64,000 nt of DNA from assembly GCA_003614675.1 (NCBI GenBank), contig ML002212.1, positions 1-64,000 on the forward strand. The letters run 5' to 3'. Position numbers and translations under genes: made by a program. The notes beneath the pieces are model-generated. The model saw nothing but the letters and a program-made list of their open reading frames with translations. It searched no databases and had not been told where the DNA came from. Every line of letters starts with the position of its first letter. The first letter of the stretch is position 1. Source of the stretch: Dimargaris cristalligena. Lineage: Eukaryota. Positions 61,885-64,000 of this stretch are shown in pieces.

Positions 61885-62856
61885 ATGCCCCAGAACGAAT
61901 ACATTGAGGAGGCCATCAAGAAGCACGGTCGCCGCTTCGATCATGCGGAGCGGACCCGTAAGCGGGAGGCCCGCCAGGTCCACAAGATCTCGGCCTACGC
62001 CCAAAAGGTCCACGGGTTAAAAGCCAAGATGTTCAACAAGAAGCGCCGTAACGAAAAGATCCAGATGCAGAAGACCATTAAGATGCACGAGGCCAAGAAC
62101 GCGCAGCAGAAGAACGACGAGCCCGTACCCGAGGGTGCCGTGCCCGCGTACTTGCTCGACCGTGAGGGTCAGCAGCGTGCCAAGGTGCTCAGCAATATGA
62201 TCAAACAGAAGCGGAAAGAAAAGGCCGGCAAGTGGAACGTGCCCCTGCCCAAGGTCCGGGGTATCGCCGAAGACGAGATGTTCAAGGTCATCAAGACCGG
62301 CAAGCGCAAGAGTAGGTGTACATTCTTTACCCCCCTTGATATGCCATTGTATATTGCCGTGGATTTGGAGTACGGTGGCCAACACCATATTCTCCGTTGT
62401 ACATGGCCCAGCTTTTAATAGGCATTTTATGACATCAATCTGAATCCCCGACCTGTATCTAACATTTCTTTAATTTCTTCCCGCCACTTTCCCCCGCCAG
62501 GCAAACAATGGAAGCGTATGGTTACCAAGCCTACTTTTGTGGGCGACGGTTTCACCCGGAAACCCCCCAAGTACGAACGGTTCATTCGACCCATGGCCCT
62601 GCGTTACAAGAAGGCCCATGTTACCCACCCCGAACTCAAGGCTACCTTCTGTCTGCCGATTATTGGCGTGAAGAAGAACCCCCAGAGCCCCCTCTACACC
62701 CAACTCGGTGTATTGACCAAGGGTACTGTGCTCGAAGTCAACGTGTCGGAATTAGGTCTAGTTACCACCGGTGGTAAGGTGGTGTGGGGTAAATACGCCC
62801 AGGTCACCAACAACCCCGAGAACGACGGTTGTGTCAACGCCCTCCTACTAGTATAG
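61885..62856 (+). CDS. NSA2: Ribosome biogenesis protein Nsa2 (exons 61885-62311, 62501-62856; 260 aa)
   Basis: [64 protein letters not shown]. Confidence 0.98.
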
Positions 62857-63299
62857 ATAATGAACAAGGGGGGGGGTACCCAACCTCCACCGTATTCTAA
62901 ATATTGCAACACAATAGAGAAGGGGGGCGAAGTGGGAGGTTCTGCGATTGTCGTATAATTCCATATGGTTACTTCTTTTCTACTGCGTGCATACTGCGGT
63001 CGTTGTATTTTTTTCATCTATTGATATTTTCGATTGAGTCACGCAATACGATCCCCTTCCGCCAAATCATCACTCTATTCAATAAACTGACCGCCTTCAG
63101 ATCGATTGCTTGGGTATAGCCAGTTTAGGCAGTACTCCCCCCCTCCGTCTCTGTAAATGCAGTACCGTTTTCTTGGCCTAGACCGGATGACTGTGGGGTC
63201 GGCTTAGATTTCCTCGAAAACCTATTATAAATGTTCATATTTCTTGGGCTGGTTTCAATAGGGCATACTCCACAATCCTTTATTAGTCCCAAAAAACCA

Positions 63300-63448
63300 C
63301 ATGTAAGATGTTCGACTTGGCCACACACCGAAACTCCCGTTCGCTGGGCCCGGGTTTACTGTCTAAACCCTGAATTTTCACCCCACCGACTTTCCCATCC
63401 TTATTTCATTCAATGTCTTTTATGACTTAAGGTGAAATTCTCCCATAT
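63300..63448. mobile_element. MITE-like element, highly degenerate copy
   Basis: Right TIR GTGAAATTCTCCCATAT plus weak colinear interior matches (CGAAA..CCGTT.G.TGGG, TTACTG..TAAA, TTTCCCAT). Confidence 0.45.
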
Positions 63449-63528
63449 TGTATGATACCACGTATTCCTTTCAAAGCTCTCACCGAAAATCGATTTATTA
63501 TGGTTATAAAAAAAAAACCATTGGGGAT

Positions 63529-63854
63529 TTAATACTCGCCACCGCGCTCGTTACCCATACGAGCCCGCATATTTGAGGTCTGGGCCCGTCGCTGTTGTTC
63601 CAATTTCGGACAATCACCAATCCGGTGACCCAATCCACCACAGAACGAACAGCCCGCGGATGCGGCTCCGGGGTTGAGTCGGAGGTATTGCTCATTGGGA
63701 TCGTGGAGTTCCTGGAGGAAACGCGGTATGGTTTGCTTGGCTTCTTTGAGTAGATGCTTCAGGTCGAGAAGGATCTGTTGGGAAGATTCCATGTTGATAA
63801 AGGTCGTTGCTACACCCGACCGGCCGGACCGACCCGTTCGCCCGATACGATGTA
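63529..63854 (-). CDS. DDX41: DEAD-box helicase DDX41/abstrakt, last exon (gene continues beyond the window)
   Basis: [30 protein letters not shown], and Zn knuckle [21 protein letters not shown] acceptor at 63857-63855. Confidence 0.93.
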
Positions 63855-64000
63855 CTGTGGGTTAAAATGTGGGATATACGGCAGATATGGATACACATGC
63901 AAAAAAAAGAAAGAAAAAAAGAGGGGTAAGTATCCCCAAATCATTCACCATTCCCCAGCTTTGGGGTAGGCCAAAAAATACATGTAGTTAAAGGGTTAGT

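Noticed and set aside
844-63854. U12-type introns, selenocysteine TGA codons or readthrough-derived PTS1
   Set aside because: All reconstructed introns are ordinary GT-AG with U2-type donors, no gene model needs an in-frame TGA, and no TGA-CTA readthrough context was seen at the stops.

Overview
This is gene-dense eukaryotic DNA with GT-AG introns of about 150-500 nt, CTAAC-type branch points and C-ending codon bias. The gene content (Rab18, BuGZ/ZNF207, DDX41, SQE-ending H2A, hevein-repeat proteins) fits an early-diverging fungus; Zoopagomycota is my inference. I can reconstruct 22 protein-coding genes by hand. The housekeeping genes are TFIIS, BuGZ, Rab18, Hub1, Rpt3, a divergent H2B/H2A pair, Ptc7, RPS4, Ddi1, Nsa2 and the last exon of DDX41. 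There is also a thiol/halide methyltransferase, a DHA2-type MFS transporter and an orphan membrane protein. Four tandem paralog pairs sit among them: peroxisomal 4CL/luciferase-like ligases, secreted mucin-stalk proteins with a degenerate 3D (MltA-like) domain, secreted multi-CBM18 chitin lectins, and MAPEG proteins. A ~140-bp MITE-like element with terminal inverted repeats occurs at least seven times. The most notable observations are (i) an RPS4 intron carrying antisense copies of its own AUG/5' splice site plus competing helices, (ii) secreted 3D-domain proteins that lack the catalytic Asp, and (iii) a Ptc7 with both a presequence-like N-terminus and a C-terminal SKL. All exon coordinates and alignments were done by eye.
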